64,000 nt of DNA, from the NCBI RefSeq assembly GCF_006345805.1, contig NC_043016.1, forward strand, positions 31,682,001-31,746,000. The letters run 5' to 3'. Source of the DNA: Octopus sinensis. Lineage: Eukaryota. Numbering within the stretch: the stretch's first letter is position 1; the number at the start of each line of letters is the position of its first letter. This document shows positions 1 through 13,152 of the stretch, one piece after another. The notes beneath the pieces are model-generated. The model was not told where the DNA came from and did no database searches. It saw only the letters and a list, made by a program, of their open reading frames with translations. The position numbers and the translations under genes were made by a program.

Positions 1-2707
1 GAGGCTACAACTTTGGTTACAAAAGGAGGAGCGAACAAAGCTGCTGGAGTTTGTGAAGCAAATGCCTTAATAGCTTGCAGTACCAACTTCAGGAAACCTG
101 TCGGCCATCTGATCACTTATCAATTTGTTGGGCACACCAGCCAGGTGGACTACATCCTCACCAGAAACAGGGACAGGGACTTGTGAATGCAAAGTCTTTC
201 CCAGGTGAAGAATCTACAGCTCATCAGAGGTGAGTGGTTAGCGACTTTGGACTTAAGCCTAGAAGGATCCTGATGGAAAAGGAGATTATGGAAGCTCAAG
301 GATCTTTCAAATGGGCAGAGATTTAGAGATGTTCTTTATGAAGTCTTTGATGAAAAGGAGGAAGAGATGGAGACATACAACATAGAAGACAACTAGAAGT
401 TATTATGGGACAGTCAACTGAGGATGTCAGACTAAATCTGGTTGGAGCAAAGCTTCCCCCTGACCAAGGGTGACATGGTGGTGGAAGAGTGAGATCAACA
501 GGGCTATAAAAGAGAAGAAACGGGCTTGGAAAGAGTGAGAGTATAAAGAACCATATCAGATTGCTAAAAAAGAAGCTAGGCACTAGGTGTATCTAATAAA
601 GGGCAGAAGTAGAAAGGAAAAAGTTTGCTTATGTCTTACAGCATGAAAGTCAGAGACTTGAGATGTTCTGGATTTCCAGACAGTGTGTTAGACAGAATCA
701 AGATCTTATGGAAGAGAAGAGTGTACAGACAATTAATGGTACACTTGCTCTTAGTGATCCTGAAAAGAAAGAAGCATGGAAGAGCTAATATGAAGGGCTA
801 TTAAATGTGGAGAACGAATGGAAGCAAGGGAGTCTCCCTCATGTGAATCCAACAGAGGGACCAGCTTTTCTAGTTGACAGCAAAATGATAGATAAGGCAA
901 TTAAAGATATGATGATAGGGAAGGCTCCTGATCCATCAGGAGTTACCTTTGAGATGCTTACAATATCTTGTAGAGTTAGATACTGTGTAATCACCTATAT
1001 AGTTAATTAATCAGGTTATTCAGAAAGGCATAATCCTTTGTGATCAGTGTAGCAGTAATGTAGTCAACTCCTACAAGGGCAAGGGAGATGCATTAGATAG
1101 ATGTAATTAAAGAGGCAGGTGATGAAAGTTGTGGAGAGTTGTTGCCCAATTAACAGAATTAGACTTGATGAAATGCAGTTTGGCTGATGCTAAGTTCATA
1201 GTCAGGCAACTTCAAAACAAGTACTTAGATAAGAACACGCTGTTATACTTCACATTTGTTGATCTAGATAAAGCATTTGACAGGGTACCTCTTTCTGTGA
1301 TATGGTGGCCTCTGAGGACGCTAGAGATAGACGAATGGCTTGTGAAAGCAGTACAAGCTATGTACAGGGGTGCTATTAGTAAGGAAATATTTAGCCATGG
1401 GTACAATAATGAATTTAGTATACAGGTAGGTGTTCACCAAGGCTTGGTCCTCATCTCCCTCCTAGTCATCATCGTCCTCCAAGCCAAAACAGAGGAATTT
1501 AAGACTGGAAGACAATGGGAATAACTGATGATCTGGCTCTCATAGCAGAATCTATAACCGAATTAGAAAAGAAATTCCATGGGTGGAAATAGAATGTGGA
1601 ATCAAAGGGTCTTAAAGTTAACTTAGCAAAGACCAATATTCTATTAAGAAAGAATTCAGACAGGACCTTTCACTCTTCAGGTAAATGGCCCTGCTTGACA
1701 TGTAGGAAGGGTGTAGGCAGAAATTCCATTTGGTGTACTCAGTATAAGCTATAGACACACAAGGTGGATTGGAATAATAGGATGGGTTGGCAAAGATAGT
1801 GTTTGCATGAGGAAAATGTATATGAGCCATGAAGACTATAGATACATGGGAAACTGATTTCCTCAAATGTACCTGAGTAGGATGAAGAAAGTTCAGAGAG
1901 CTTTTACCCCTGTTGGCAACCAGAGTTCTCTCTCTCTCTCTCCAAGTGAAAGGAAGATTGTATGAGAGGAAGAATGTATGATGCAAAAGAATGTGAACTG
2001 CAATGCTACATGATAGAGGGATTTGGGCCTTGAATGCAGAGGGTGTGTAAAGAGTAGAGAGGAATGAAGCTGGTATGCTCCACCAGATGTGCAATGTCAG
2101 TGTACATGTGCAACAGAGCACAAGTTTATTGGGAAAAAAGTTGGGCATAAGAGAAATTATATGCAGTGTGCAAAAGGAGACTACACTGGTTTGGTCATGT
2201 GATGTGGATAGATGAGGACAGCTGCATAAAGAGGTGTCCATCACTTCTTTATGGAATTTGTGGAAAAGGGAAACATAGGAAGACATGGGATGAAGTATTA
2301 AAGGCCGATCTAAAAATGCTGAACCTCATGAAAGAGTTGACAGAAGATCAAGATAGGTGACACATTGCTTACTGAAGAGGACCCATTCACCAAAACAGAT
2401 TCATATCCTGAAACCAAAGTGACACATAAAAATCATTGGTGTTTGTGTTGGTGCTACAAAAAAAAAAAGAACAGGTACTGGTACCATGTAAAAAAGCACT
2501 GGTGATTGTGCCATACTAAAAATACTGGTGATGATACCACATAAAAACCACCCAGTACACTCTGTAAAGTTGTTGGTGTTAGGAAGGGTATCCAGCCATA
2601 AAAACCAACCCAAAACAGACTATGGAACCGGTATGGTTCCTGGCCTTGCCAGTTCCTGTTAAGCCATCCAACTCCTACCAGCATGGAAAACAGATTTTAG
2701 ATGATGA

Positions 2708-2710
<3 letters not shown>
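1..2710 (+). mobile_element. Degenerate RTE-clade LINE (endonuclease end, RT, 3' UTR, (GAT)n tail)
   Basis: Fragments ...SQVDYILTRNRD, FVDLDKAFDRVP, VGVHQGLVLISLL and RRLHWFGHVMWIDED...KTWDEVLKADL with many stops and frameshifts. The 3' UTR and gatgatga tail end near 2710. Confidence 0.9.
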
Positions 2711-2748
<38 letters not shown>

Positions 2749-2899
2749 CGTATATACATACGCAAAGTGTGTAGAGTGTGGTCATCTCACCACGTCCCAG
2801 AAGCTCCATCAGCGACCATGGCAGAGAATACACACTGTGTGGGTATGTCGGTGTGAGCATGGAAAGAGACATGTCTTGAAGCTTTTTCACAGCTAAGAA

Positions 2900-3153
2900 T
2901 GTTTCCAGAAATCAAATCCCACAAAGGAACAATGTTTCAATATGTCAAAGAATTCCAAGAGAATGCAATGAGACAGCTGCCCGCTTTCCCAAGATAGGAG
3001 TTCCAGGAATGCTTCCATCAATGGAAACAATACTGAGTAAAGTGCGTGGCTTCAGAAGGGAAGTGTTATAAAGGAGATTAAATGCCAAGTTGATATGTGT
3101 TGTAGTTTTCTTTTTATAGCACCAGTTCTGATACTTTTTGATCCAACTTTGTA
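2900..3153 (+). mobile_element. Tc1/mariner transposase C-terminal fragment plus right TIR
   Basis: Frameshifted FPEIKSH.KG.MFQ..KEFQENAMRQL...FQECFHQWKQY..KCVASEG..YKGD, typical of a mariner C-terminus. Ends atactttttgatccaactttg|TA. Confidence 0.75.
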
Positions 3154-3605
3154 CATATATGATATGCATGTTTGAGACTGATAATTTCGAGACCCAATGC
3201 ATGTTTCACATACTTATTTTGAGTGTGAAAGATGCAGAAGTCATATCCTTTTAGTTTTAGTACTGACAGGCATAGCCTACAATTTGCCATATAAAACAGG
3301 TCTGTGAAATAGATGGTCATGTGAAATGAGCCAGTGAGAAAATTGACATTTGCTGTGTATGTCATGTGGGATAACAATGAAAAGTATGGAAGCAAAATCA
3401 TATTTTTTAAAAAAATAATAATTAAAAATGGCAGTTTTTCAAAATAAAATGGGGGAAAAAATTAAAAACATAAAAAATATAAAATATTAAAACATACAGC
3501 AAATAGAACACATAAACAATATTTAAACAGCCATGTTTTCTTCTCTTTTCAAAATGAAAATCATAGTAATTTGAGTTTTTTCTTCTGTTTAAATGCTGAA
3601 AGTGG

Positions 3606-3712
3606 TTAAGTATCTTTTAACTTGTCATCATCATGAGTTTCGTCTTCAGAATCGGTGTAGTCTATTGGTTGTTGTCCAGGCTGTAATAATCTACCGACTA
3701 ATGTATATTCAT
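3606..3712 (-). CDS. PGRMC1: PGRMC coding exon 3 (terminal)
   Basis: Acceptor ttttgtag| at 3713. Reads (D)EYTLVGRLLQPGQQPIDYTDSEDETHDDDKLKDT-stop (TAA 3608-3606). Joined CDS 310+150+107=567 nt, 188 aa, in frame. Confidence 0.93.
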
Positions 3713-3858
3713 CTACAAAAATAAAAAAATTAAAATTAAAAGTTAGCAGATGCTTAAATTTCTGCATAATAAAAAGAAAACTTCCAAATTTATTAATAAA
3801 ATATATAAACTAATTATATAAATCAATCACTGCTTTAATTAAATCAAGCTAAATATTA

Positions 3859-4066
3859 CAAGAGAGTGCTGAAAAGTTCCTGGTTTTAAGAGTATTGCAA
3901 AATGTCTGGTTGAAGGCCCAATCTCCTGAGTTCTTTTACAGGGCTTAGAAAGCCTGAAGGATAAGTGTGTGAATCTGAAAAGGGAAGATATTGAATAAAA
4001 TCATAATTAACTGATCCTCCTGTGTTTTCTCTTACCTAAAGCCAGGAACTTTTCAGTACCCCCTTG
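3859..4066. mobile_element. Mariner-type MITE
   Basis: TIRs gagagtgctgaaaagttcctgg / ccaggaacttttcagtacccc, flanked by TA. Second copy at 58559-58775. Confidence 0.85.
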
Positions 4067-4507
4067 TATAATTATAATTCTTGAAAAATATTATAAATAT
4101 TAAGAATTTATAAACTTAAGCAAATTTGAAATAATTTTTTGGACAGAACATAAAGCTATAAATAATAACATGGAACTATTGGACTGAAACACTCTTTTGG
4201 ATAGAAAGAGTCAAAGGCTGCCCTTGGAATATCAACTTTCAACTCTTGTAGAAACCTTGTCATGTCTAGATGTGTGGAATCAGGTCTAATGGACAGCCTT
4301 TGGTTTTTTTTTCTATCCAGATGAGTTTTTTTTTTCAACCCAATATTTACATGCTATTATTTATAGCTTTTTTTTGCTTCGAGATCCAGTTCCAAAAAAG
4401 AATTATTGTAGATAATATTTACATATAAATTAGAGAAATTCTTTGGATTCATTAATGTGACTTTTTCTTAAAAAGAATTTTTATATTGAAGGCCATATCA
4501 TGCTGAA

Positions 4508-4625
4508 GCTTAAAACCATGTTATATTGAATGCACGAGTTCTTGCCTGATCACCAAAGTTAAGCAATGTCAAGCCTAGTTACTACTCAGATGGGTGACCG
4601 CTTGGAAAACCTAGGCGCTATAAGT
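4508..4625 (+). pseudogene. 5S rRNA pseudogene (near full length)
   Basis: 118 nt colinear with invertebrate 5S: gcttaaaacc...gttcttgcctgatcaccaaagttaagcaatg (A box)...agatgggtgaccg (C box)...gctataagt. Internal gcctag/ctaggc helix retained. Several CpG-decay-type changes; no immediate T-run terminator. Confidence 0.8.
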
Positions 4626-4641
4626 ATCTCACATTTTATAG

Positions 4642-4990
4642 GCACAAGCATGGTGTGGCTGTGTGGTAAGAAGTTTGCGTCTCAGTCACATGGTTCCAGG
4701 TTCAGATCAACTACATGGCACCTTGGGCAAGTGCCTTCTACTACAACCTCAGGCTAACCAAAGTCTTGAGTTGATTTGGAAGATAGAAACTGAAAGAAAG
4801 CCATCATATATGTGCATGTGATAATTGGTGTTTATGTATTTACATCCCCATAACTGAGTGGTTCAGCAAAAGAAACCAATAGAATAAGTTACCAGGCTTA
4901 AAAGCATAAGTACTAGGGTTGATTTGTTTGGCTGTGATGCCACAGCATGGCCATAGTCCAATGACTGAAGCAAGTAAAAGATAAAATAAG
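4642..4990 (+). mobile_element. tRNA-derived SINE, family A (degenerate)
   Basis: Head tggctgtgtggtaagaag (A box) and ggttcagatc (B box); 3' end cagcatggcc.cagtccaatgactgaa. Similar copy at 5243-5612. Confidence 0.8.
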
Positions 4991-5712
4991 TTAATTTTTC
5001 TTAATTTTTACCTATGATTATTTAATATAAAAATAAGATAATTGAATCATAATTTTGTTATTTTCTAATTTGAAACTTTCATACGTAATCTTAATGTTCA
5101 ATTGAATATAAGGTAATCCAAGTTTGATTACTGAGCAAAAAAGAACATCTGAGGATGGAGAAATGAAGAACTGGTTTTCAACATTGCAACTCATATTTCT
5201 TTCTCTCTTGAAAATTAAGCAACTGACATGATGTTCTATCTATGCGCAGGTATGACTTTGTGGTTAAGAATCTTGTTTTACAACCACATGATTTGGGGTT
5301 CAGTCCTGGACAAGTGTCTTATATTATAGTTCCTGACTAACCAATGTCTTGTGAACGAATTTGGCACATAGAGAGTGTATGGAAGCTCATCATACATAAG
5401 TGTATGTGGGAGGGTGCATGTGTCCATCCGTTACCACCCAATCACTGACAACTGGTATTGGTTTGGTAATGTCCCTGTGATTTAGTTATTCAGCAAAAGA
5501 ATCAAATAGAGGTAGAATAAGTACCAGACTTTAAACAAAAAAAGTATGGGGACTGATTTGTAGGTGTTGCCCCAGCATGGCTACAGTCCAATGACTGAAA
5601 CCAGTAAAAGATCTGTCTATTAAAGTGAGGTTTAAAAATAAAAAAAAAAAACAAAGAGGTCTTATAGAAGCTCAGTAAAATAAAAATAAATTAATCAATT
5701 GAAAACCATTAC

Positions 5713-5862
5713 CGGTCAATTGCATATCCCATTCATGTATTTGGTTCATTTGACTAGATGTTAAGTCACTGAGATCATCATAGCCATCTTTGATAGCAGA
5801 CACAGAGAAACATGCCAATGCTCTGGAAGCATCACGACCAGCGAATACAGAATATGGACCAC
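5713..5862 (-). CDS. PGRMC1: PGRMC coding exon 2
   Basis: Not in the ORF track. Acceptor attttcag| at 5863, donor |gtaatg at 5712, 150 nt, phase 1-1. Reads (G)GPYSVFAGRDASRALACFSVSAIKDGYDDLSDLTSSQMNQIHEWDMQLT, the MAPR heme-domain signature. Confidence 0.95.
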
Positions 5863-6105
5863 CTGAAAATTAATAAATAACTAAAAGAATTCAGGGACAA
5901 TATATAAACTTTTATGAAATATGTTTAAGAAGTGATTAATTATAAAAGATGATTTCTGATGAAACAACTGCAAAGAAATTTTTGGCAGTTGTTTTTAGTA
6001 ATTTCTTTTTAACTCCAGGCTAAATACCATTTTTTTAAAAATAAAATAGATTAATAATTTTTTTTTATATATTAAAGGGTCTACAAAGGAGTTCTTTGTC
6101 TTCAT

Positions 6106-6431
6106 CAGTGGTTCTCAACCATTTTTTTTTGCCTGTGAACTGCTTTGACTCCTATTTTACTCAGATGTACCCTCAATGCTTAAAATATTTTTTTAAATGT
6201 TTAAAAAAAATTTATTAAATTTTTGAACTTAAATATTATTAGGAATTGTATAAAAAATTTGTTAAAATATTTTGGGCATTGTGAAAGTAAAACTAATTTA
6301 TTGCACATAAACTTTAACAACAAAATCTTATATAGATCCTTAAGGGCTATATTGAGTCCAAAGGGCTATACTGAGCCCAAAGAGTTATATGGACTCCTAA
6401 GGACTATATGGACCCCAGTTAAGAACCACTG
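6106..6431. mobile_element. hAT (Charlie-like) MITE
   Basis: TIRs cagtggttctcaac / ttaagaaccactg. 8-bp TSD gtcttcat / gtctacat. Confidence 0.85.
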
Positions 6432-7447
6432 GTCTACATGCTCTGCAACTGTGAGTGAAAACAGACTTAAGATTCATTACAAGAGGTTAAAAGGTTGGTA
6501 GCTTAGAGAGAGCTTACTATCAGACAAAGGTAAGAAACTGGGCAATGTGTAAGGCAATAATGAAAATATGATTTGAAAAGCCATAGAAACTATAAAGTAT
6601 AATGAAAACAAATGTGGGTTACATTCAGATGATGCCTAGTAATAAAAGAAAGCTAATGCAGAATAACAATACAGGATAATGAAGTTTCTATTTGATGATA
6701 CTTTGTTCTGTAGACTGGAAGTCATTAACTGAGATATGGATATTTGCTTTCTGGTGTGCAGTCTTTAAACCTTTTGATACCAATCCATCCAAGATAGCCC
6801 AAGACTGCTCTTGGTTCTATGATTCAAGTTTCTTGTTTAAATTGATCTATATTAAAATCTTCCTTCAAAATTTCATGTCATTTATATCCTAATTACCAGT
6901 TAAATAATTACAGTTATTTCTTCATTATTTTCAAAATTAATTGAAATATAGACAGTTCATTTCAACAGAAATATGGTAGCAAAAGGGTTAAAACATATGC
7001 TGGAACATTTTAAAAGCTCAAAGATTAAATTCCTGTCAAAAAGCTCATACATTAAATAATGATACAACTTCTTGTTAATGATATGAGCTTCTAAAGGAAA
7101 CATGGAAGAAAACAGTGATAATAGAATATCTAAAGTATTTTTTCTTAGCACACATCCTTCCCTGATCAAGCAGACTGATGATAAAAGACATTCCAGCCAT
7201 GATCATTCCACTTTGTTTGCAAGTGTGGCACAGTAGCCCAGATGACCCTTTCCCAAATGTGTTTTTTTTTTTAAATAGTAGGTGTTGTCTGAAGGAGTAG
7301 ATTTGGCTGCTATTCCAAGTTGTTGAATAACTGTGTTAAGGCCCTCTTGCCTCAACTATTATGGGTAAACAATGAAGGCATACGCTTAGGCAAGTACTAT
7401 GATTTAGGAATAAAAGTGTAAAGAAATTTTATCCTTATATAAAGAAT

Positions 7448-7674
7448 CAGAGCCGGATTAAGTCTCACAGAGGCCCTGTGCACTTAAAAGATTTTGGTGC
7501 CCCCATATATATGGAATTTAAAATAAAGTATTCTCCCACTTTTTTAATTGCAGTTTTTGATCAGCTCCTGAAAATTTTTTTAATACTGTAAACCATTTAC
7601 CATTTCTGTGGCGCCCCACTTCTCTTACTGTCCTCAGCATGTGCTTATTTTGTTTAATGGTTAATCCAGTACTG
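7448..7674. mobile_element. hAT MITE
   Basis: TIRs cagagccggatta / taatccagtactg. Perfect 8-bp TSD taaagaat. Confidence 0.85.
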
Positions 7675-7683
7675 TAAAGAATG

Positions 7684-7718
<35 letters not shown>

Positions 7719-9589
7719 TGTATGTGTAAACCTACAAACATTTCAAATTTACCTATTTCTGTGTAGACTGAAAAAATTATGAAGAGCTTTAATTGGTTTC
7801 CAACCCTTATTGGGTTTTTGTCTGGTGTCTACATCACTTGGCTAATCCCAGAAAAACAAGTACTCACTCCATTATATACACATCGAATCTAGCAGCTCCA
7901 GAAAACTGGAGCTGCTAATCTGTATACTTATAAGTGTTTAGCACTTTATCTAATAACAGCTGCCTGTCAACAGGGAAAATCCACTCCACATAGTATCAAG
8001 GTCTCATTAGAAGTGTTTACATCACTTGACCAATCCCAGAGAAGTGTGTGTGAATGTGTGTACATGCATGTATATGTATGTATGCATGTTATCATCTTTC
8101 TTTTTACTGTTTACTTTTTCCTACATGCATGGGTTAGACAAAACTATACTGGAGAATGGAGGCCCTTCCTGATGCCAACCTTCACCTGTTTCCAACCAAA
8201 GTAATAATAATCCTCCAGCCTATCAAACAATGAAAAGCCTGGACATAATCATGCACAGAACTAGAAATAATTTCACAACTAAACTACTGGTTGACTCATG
8301 ACTAAGAAAAGGACAGCAGCCAACAGCATCCATGCAGTGGAGCACTGAATCTCTATTCACTTGGTTCTGTAGGAGACAAGTGACAATACGTAGAGAAATA
8401 AATCGGCTGAATAAAAAAACTTGACAGACAGAATGAAACAGAAAAAAAATTATGATTATTGTATTCGAAGGAGACGATTGCAGTGACATGGACATTTGGT
8501 TAACATTGCTAGATGAGTGAAGTAGTGTTTTGACACAGAGATTAAGTTGACAGAACAGGATCTGTTTTAATGCTTTCAGAGTACAAAAATTCATAGTAGA
8601 ATGATAGACATAGCAACCAAACGATAGACATAGCAATCAAATGGTAGAAATAGCAACCAACTTGCCTCAAATAACACCTTTACTGTCTTAAGAAAAAGAG
8701 CATATTAGACATTGCCCTAGAAATATTCTTGATTATATCAGGTCTAACTTGGGACCAAACAACAGCATACAAAAGAGAATAAAAAAACAACTTCCATTTC
8801 AATTAAAATACTGAGTCATATGAGAGAGAGAGAGGGAGAGATGGAGGGAGGGAGAGAGAGAGAATAATTTGTTGTTTTCCTGCTTCTAGACCTGTTTTCA
8901 CTTCCCATCTCTCCTCACTCAGTCTTTCTTTTCTGAGAGATTCTGTGATATAATCAAAAGTATCTCTTAAGACAGTAAAGATGTCATTTGAGGCAATTTG
9001 GTTGCCATTTCTTGTACTTGAAGAATCTGCGAAGAGACTCTTTTGTATCCAGTATAAGTGAAGTCGACACTATAGATTGTGTCCCCCTTTCATAATGATT
9101 CAAAATTGGCATAACAATAATTTCCTTAAATTGCAATGGTTTTAGCTAAGTGATTAACGAACTCACTTTGCAATGATTTCACATGTGATCCAACTGCACA
9201 GCCTATTGACAAAGTATCCTTTTACTATAGCTGTGACTTGATCAAAGATTCTAATTGAAACATGCCTTTGCATTAGAATTGCAATGTTGCATGATAGTAA
9301 GATAAGCCTTGAGTGTAGAAGATTTGCAAAAACTAGAAAGAAGCAAAGCAAACATGCTCTGATGAATGTGTAATGTTAGTGTGCATGAATGCCAGAATAC
9401 TACTATTTCAAGGAGACTGTGCTGGTATGGACATGTGAAGCATATAGAGGATGACCACTGCATACAAAAGTATTACTCTTTTACTCTTTTACTTTTACTC
9501 TTTTGCCATTTTTGGCACTGTGCATTTCTCCCACAGTCCACTCCCATATACTTCACATCGTCTTTGCTACCACCTATTACCTGTATGTG

Positions 9590-9810
9590 GAGCTGTATGG
9601 CTTGGTAGTTAGGGTGCTGGACTCATGATTGTAAGATTGTAGTTTTGATTCCTGGACCAGGTGACATGTTGTGTCCTTGAGCAAGATACTTTATTTCATG
9701 TTGCTCCAGTTCACTCAGCTGGTAAAAGTGAGTAATCCTGTGATAGACTGGCATCCCATCCAGTGGGGGAATATACACACCACAGAAACCCGGAAACTGG
9801 GCCTACGAGA
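9590..9810 (+). mobile_element. tRNA-head SINE, family C (CORE-like centre)
   Basis: tRNA-like head followed by gtgtccttgagcaagatactttatttcatgttgctccagttcactcagctg. Related copies near 16125-16320 (+), 19025-19155 (+), 20372-20540 (-) and 52450-52780 (-). Confidence 0.6.
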
Positions 9811-10001
9811 CGTTACAACACAAAAAGGATCTATTATCTCTGTGACCCATATTTTCTTCCTCCTCTCAAATTGATATTCACAAGAGACCACATCTCTACC
9901 CATCTCCACAGTTCACTGCATTTCCCTCTATCTCTATCTCTTTCCATCTATCACTCTCCTTTCACACTCTGGTAACTTACCCAACCATACCACTTCTCTT
10001 A

Positions 10002-10191
10002 TACTCTTTTACTTGTTTCAGTCATTTGACTGCGGTCATGCTGGAGCACTGCCTTTTTAATCGAGCAACTCGACCCCGGGACTTATTCTTTGTAAGCCCA
10101 GTACTTATTCTATCGGTCTCTTTGCCGAACCGCTAAGTAACAGGGACATAAACACACCAGCATCGGTTGTCAATCAATGCTAGGGGGACAA

Positions 10192-10256
<65 letters not shown>

Positions 10257-10420
10257 ACGACAGGCTTCTTTCAGTTTCCGTCTACCAAATCCACTCACAA
10301 GGCATTGGTCGGCCCGGGGCTATAGCAGAAGACACTTGCCCAAGATGTCACACAGTGGGACTGAACCCGGAACCATGAGGTTGGTTAGCAAGCTACTTAC
10401 CGCACAGCGACTCCTGCGCC
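10002..10420 (-). mobile_element. tRNA-derived SINE, family A, full length
   Basis: Reverse complement of ggcgcaggagt.gctgtg.ggtaagtagcttgct...ccagcatg.ccgcagtcaaatgactgaaacaagtaaaagagta with a central (TA)n. Other copies: 13737-14100 (+), 15270-15670 (-), 17730-17930 (-), 24008-24446 (-), 41610-42005 (-), 43500-43925 (+), 47870-48548 (-, interrupted), 48720-49060 (+), 58143-58555 (+), 60180-60330 (+). Confidence 0.9.
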
Positions 10421-11125
10421 TATATTCATCTTCCTGATACATTTTCACCAATGTTTCCTCTCTTTCTCAATTGTGGTAACCATGTACCTCCCTCTATCAT
10501 GCTTTGACATCTCATCACTAGACATAAGGCATATGCTGCTCATCACTAGGCATAAGGCCATCTCTCTCAATACTACTCCCAATCACTTAAGTTGAAGAAT
10601 CTTGTCTTGCAAATTACTAACTGACCCCAAAGGCATTGGTGTCACAAAAAAAAGAACTCGGTGCACTTAAGTTAAATGGTTGGTGTTAGGAAGAGTATCT
10701 AGCTGTAGAAATCATGCCAAAGCAGACGCTGGAATTTGGTGCAGTTCTTTGGCTCTCTGTCTCCTGTTGAACCATCCAACCCATGCCAGCAGTTCATTTC
10801 TGGCTCTTATAGGAATGCTCAGAGAAGTATATCTCAGGCAAGGAAAGTGACCCTAAGAAGTGCTCTCACAAAATTTCATCACCGTATTTGTAATATTTTT
10901 CTAAAAAAAAAAACTATAAAAATAATTATATATATAATTATATATATATATATATATGAACTTACTGTTAATGAAAGTTGGGATGTTTGGCATTCAGTTA
11001 TTCCGTAAATGAAAAATGCATTAAATACTACAAAACATATACGAAGGATAGACACCAGGACCCTAATTTTTCATCAGTTATTGACCCAAAATACTAATAC
11101 CCAGTTTCATGAAACTGGGTATTAG

Positions 11126-11174
<49 letters not shown>

Positions 11175-11247
11175 GTGTTTATATATACATATGTACATCC
11201 ATCTGCCTATCTATCTATCTATTTATCTATCTATATATATATATATA

Positions 11248-12060
11248 CAGGCCTCACCGAGGCAATGATAGCGACCGAGACCTTTGGAAATATGCTGTGT
11301 GTGAGAAGACCCGGCAGGACAAGTGAGTCCACCCCAGCCAACCCACTTATGCATGCCTTTCCTTCCCTTGAACACACGAAGACCTGTTGAGGCAAGTGAA
11401 GTCGAAATCGAACCTCATCCGACGACAGGCACCCATGCCAACCTCCCTTCATTGGACACTAAACTCTGCTTGCGAAGACCTGTTGGGGCAAGTAAAATCG
11501 GAATCGAAATTGAACCAATCCTATGACTAGCACCCGGCAGTTGCCAGGGCTGCAGGACTGACTCGTGTGCAGGTGGCAAGTAAAGAAACACTGTTTCGAC
11601 CCAGTGCTTGAGGAGATCCGTTGAGTCAAGTACACCAACATCAAAAATCAATGGAAACTGCAGTTGTGATCCCTGTGCCGGTGGCATGTAAAAAGCACCA
11701 TCTGAACGTGGTCAATGCCAGCGCCGCCTAAACTGGCTTCCGTGCCGGTGGTACGTAAAAAGCGCCATCCGAACGTGGGCGATGCCAGCTCCACCTTGAC
11801 TGGCTTCTGTGCTGGTGGCATGTAAAAAGCACCAATCCGATCGTGGCCGCTGCCGGCCTCGCCTGGCACCTGTGCCGGTAGCACATAAAAAGCACCCACT
11901 ACACTCACGGAGTGGTTGGCGTTAGGAAGGGCATCCAGCTGTAGAAACACTGCCAGATCAGACTGGAGCCTGGTGCAGCCTTCTGGCTTCCCAGATCTCC
12001 GGTCGAACCGTCCAACCCATGCTAGCATGGAGAACGGATGTTAAACGATGATGATGATGA
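11248..12060 (+). mobile_element. 5'-truncated RTE LINE (ORF end, long 3' UTR, (GAT)n tail)
   Basis: GLTEAMIATETFGNMLC-type ORF end, then the 3' UTR (cacccactacactc...gaagggcatccagctgtagaaac...ccatgctagcatgga) and gatgatgat tail. Confidence 0.85.
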
Positions 12061-12930
12061 TATATATATATATATAGTTAAGATGGCTATTTTAGACTAA
12101 TACTGCTTCTATTGCATATACAAGATTTTTATCCAGCCAGGCAGCTACTTGCAACATCAGTGAATGTTTATTCACTGTTTTCCAAGATATTAGTGGCAAC
12201 AAATTTAATCTAAATATGTGGTTGGCTCTAAGTGCACACTATTCACACTGCACAATGAGACAGAAATGCATCTAATATTTTCATTAATTGCTGATAGGAT
12301 GATTTTTGCACCCCCTTCAATATGAATGCAGTTTTTAAACAGCATATCAATAAGAAGTATTATCTATGGATAAATACTACAGTAAATTTTCCACTAAGTA
12401 TAATACATAGATGGCTATTTTAATCTAATACTGTCTATCATACTTAATGTTAATATATCATGCACTTTTATTCAATATATTGCTTTTATTGTCATCACCA
12501 AAATCATTATCATTATTATTATTTGAGTTCAAATTCCACCACAGTCGACTTTACCTTTCATCTTTTCGGAGTTGATAAGACATGTACCAGATGAGTACTG
12601 GAGTTGATGTAATCAACTTAACGTTGCCCTGAAATTGCTGGCCTTGTGTCAAAAGTTGAAGTCATCATTATTATTAATACGGTTGTTGTGTAGGCTGAGT
12701 CTATGTCTATTGGAGATGACAATTATGGACACTATGTTGGATGTAATAAAGATGGGAATTTAATAGTTGACATATAAAATATCGAGTGATATTAAATACA
12801 TCAACTATTAAACTCTCCTACTCTACCTCATTTCACATAATGTCCATTATTGTAACCTCCACTAGATGTAAGCTTGGCCCATACAATTTACATAGTTATA
12901 ACCATGATAGTGATAGTAGTCGTAATAATA

Positions 12931-13152
12931 AGGCGGCAAGCTGGCAGAATCATTAGCACGCCGGGTGAAATGCTTAGCGGTATTTCGTCTGCTGTTTCGT
13001 TCTGAGTTCAAATTCCGCCAAGGTCGACTTTGCTTTTCATCCTTTCGGGGTTGATAAATTAAGTACCAGTTACGCACTGGGGTCAATGTAATCGACTTAA
13101 TCCACTTGTCTGTCCCCTCTGTGTTTAGCCCCTTGTGGGCAATAAAGAAATA
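12931..13152 (+). mobile_element. tRNA-derived SINE, family B, full length with TSD
   Basis: aggcggcaagctggcagaa...gagttcaaattccgcc...gtcgactttgcttttcatcctttcgggg...ggcaataaagaaata. 16-bp TSD agtagtcgtaataata / agtaatcgtaataata. Other copies at 48130-48360 and 55779-56010; fragments at 12525-12660, 13230-13420 (-), 45930-46070, 50060-50280 and 63465-63665. Confidence 0.9.

Noticed and set aside
4508-4625. Functional 5S rRNA gene
   Set aside because: Many substitutions in the 5' domain and control region, no terminator directly downstream, and not in a tandem 5S array.
8223-8636. 137-aa minus-strand ORF in PGRMC intron 1
   Set aside because: No recognisable domain, and not needed by the complete PGRMC model.
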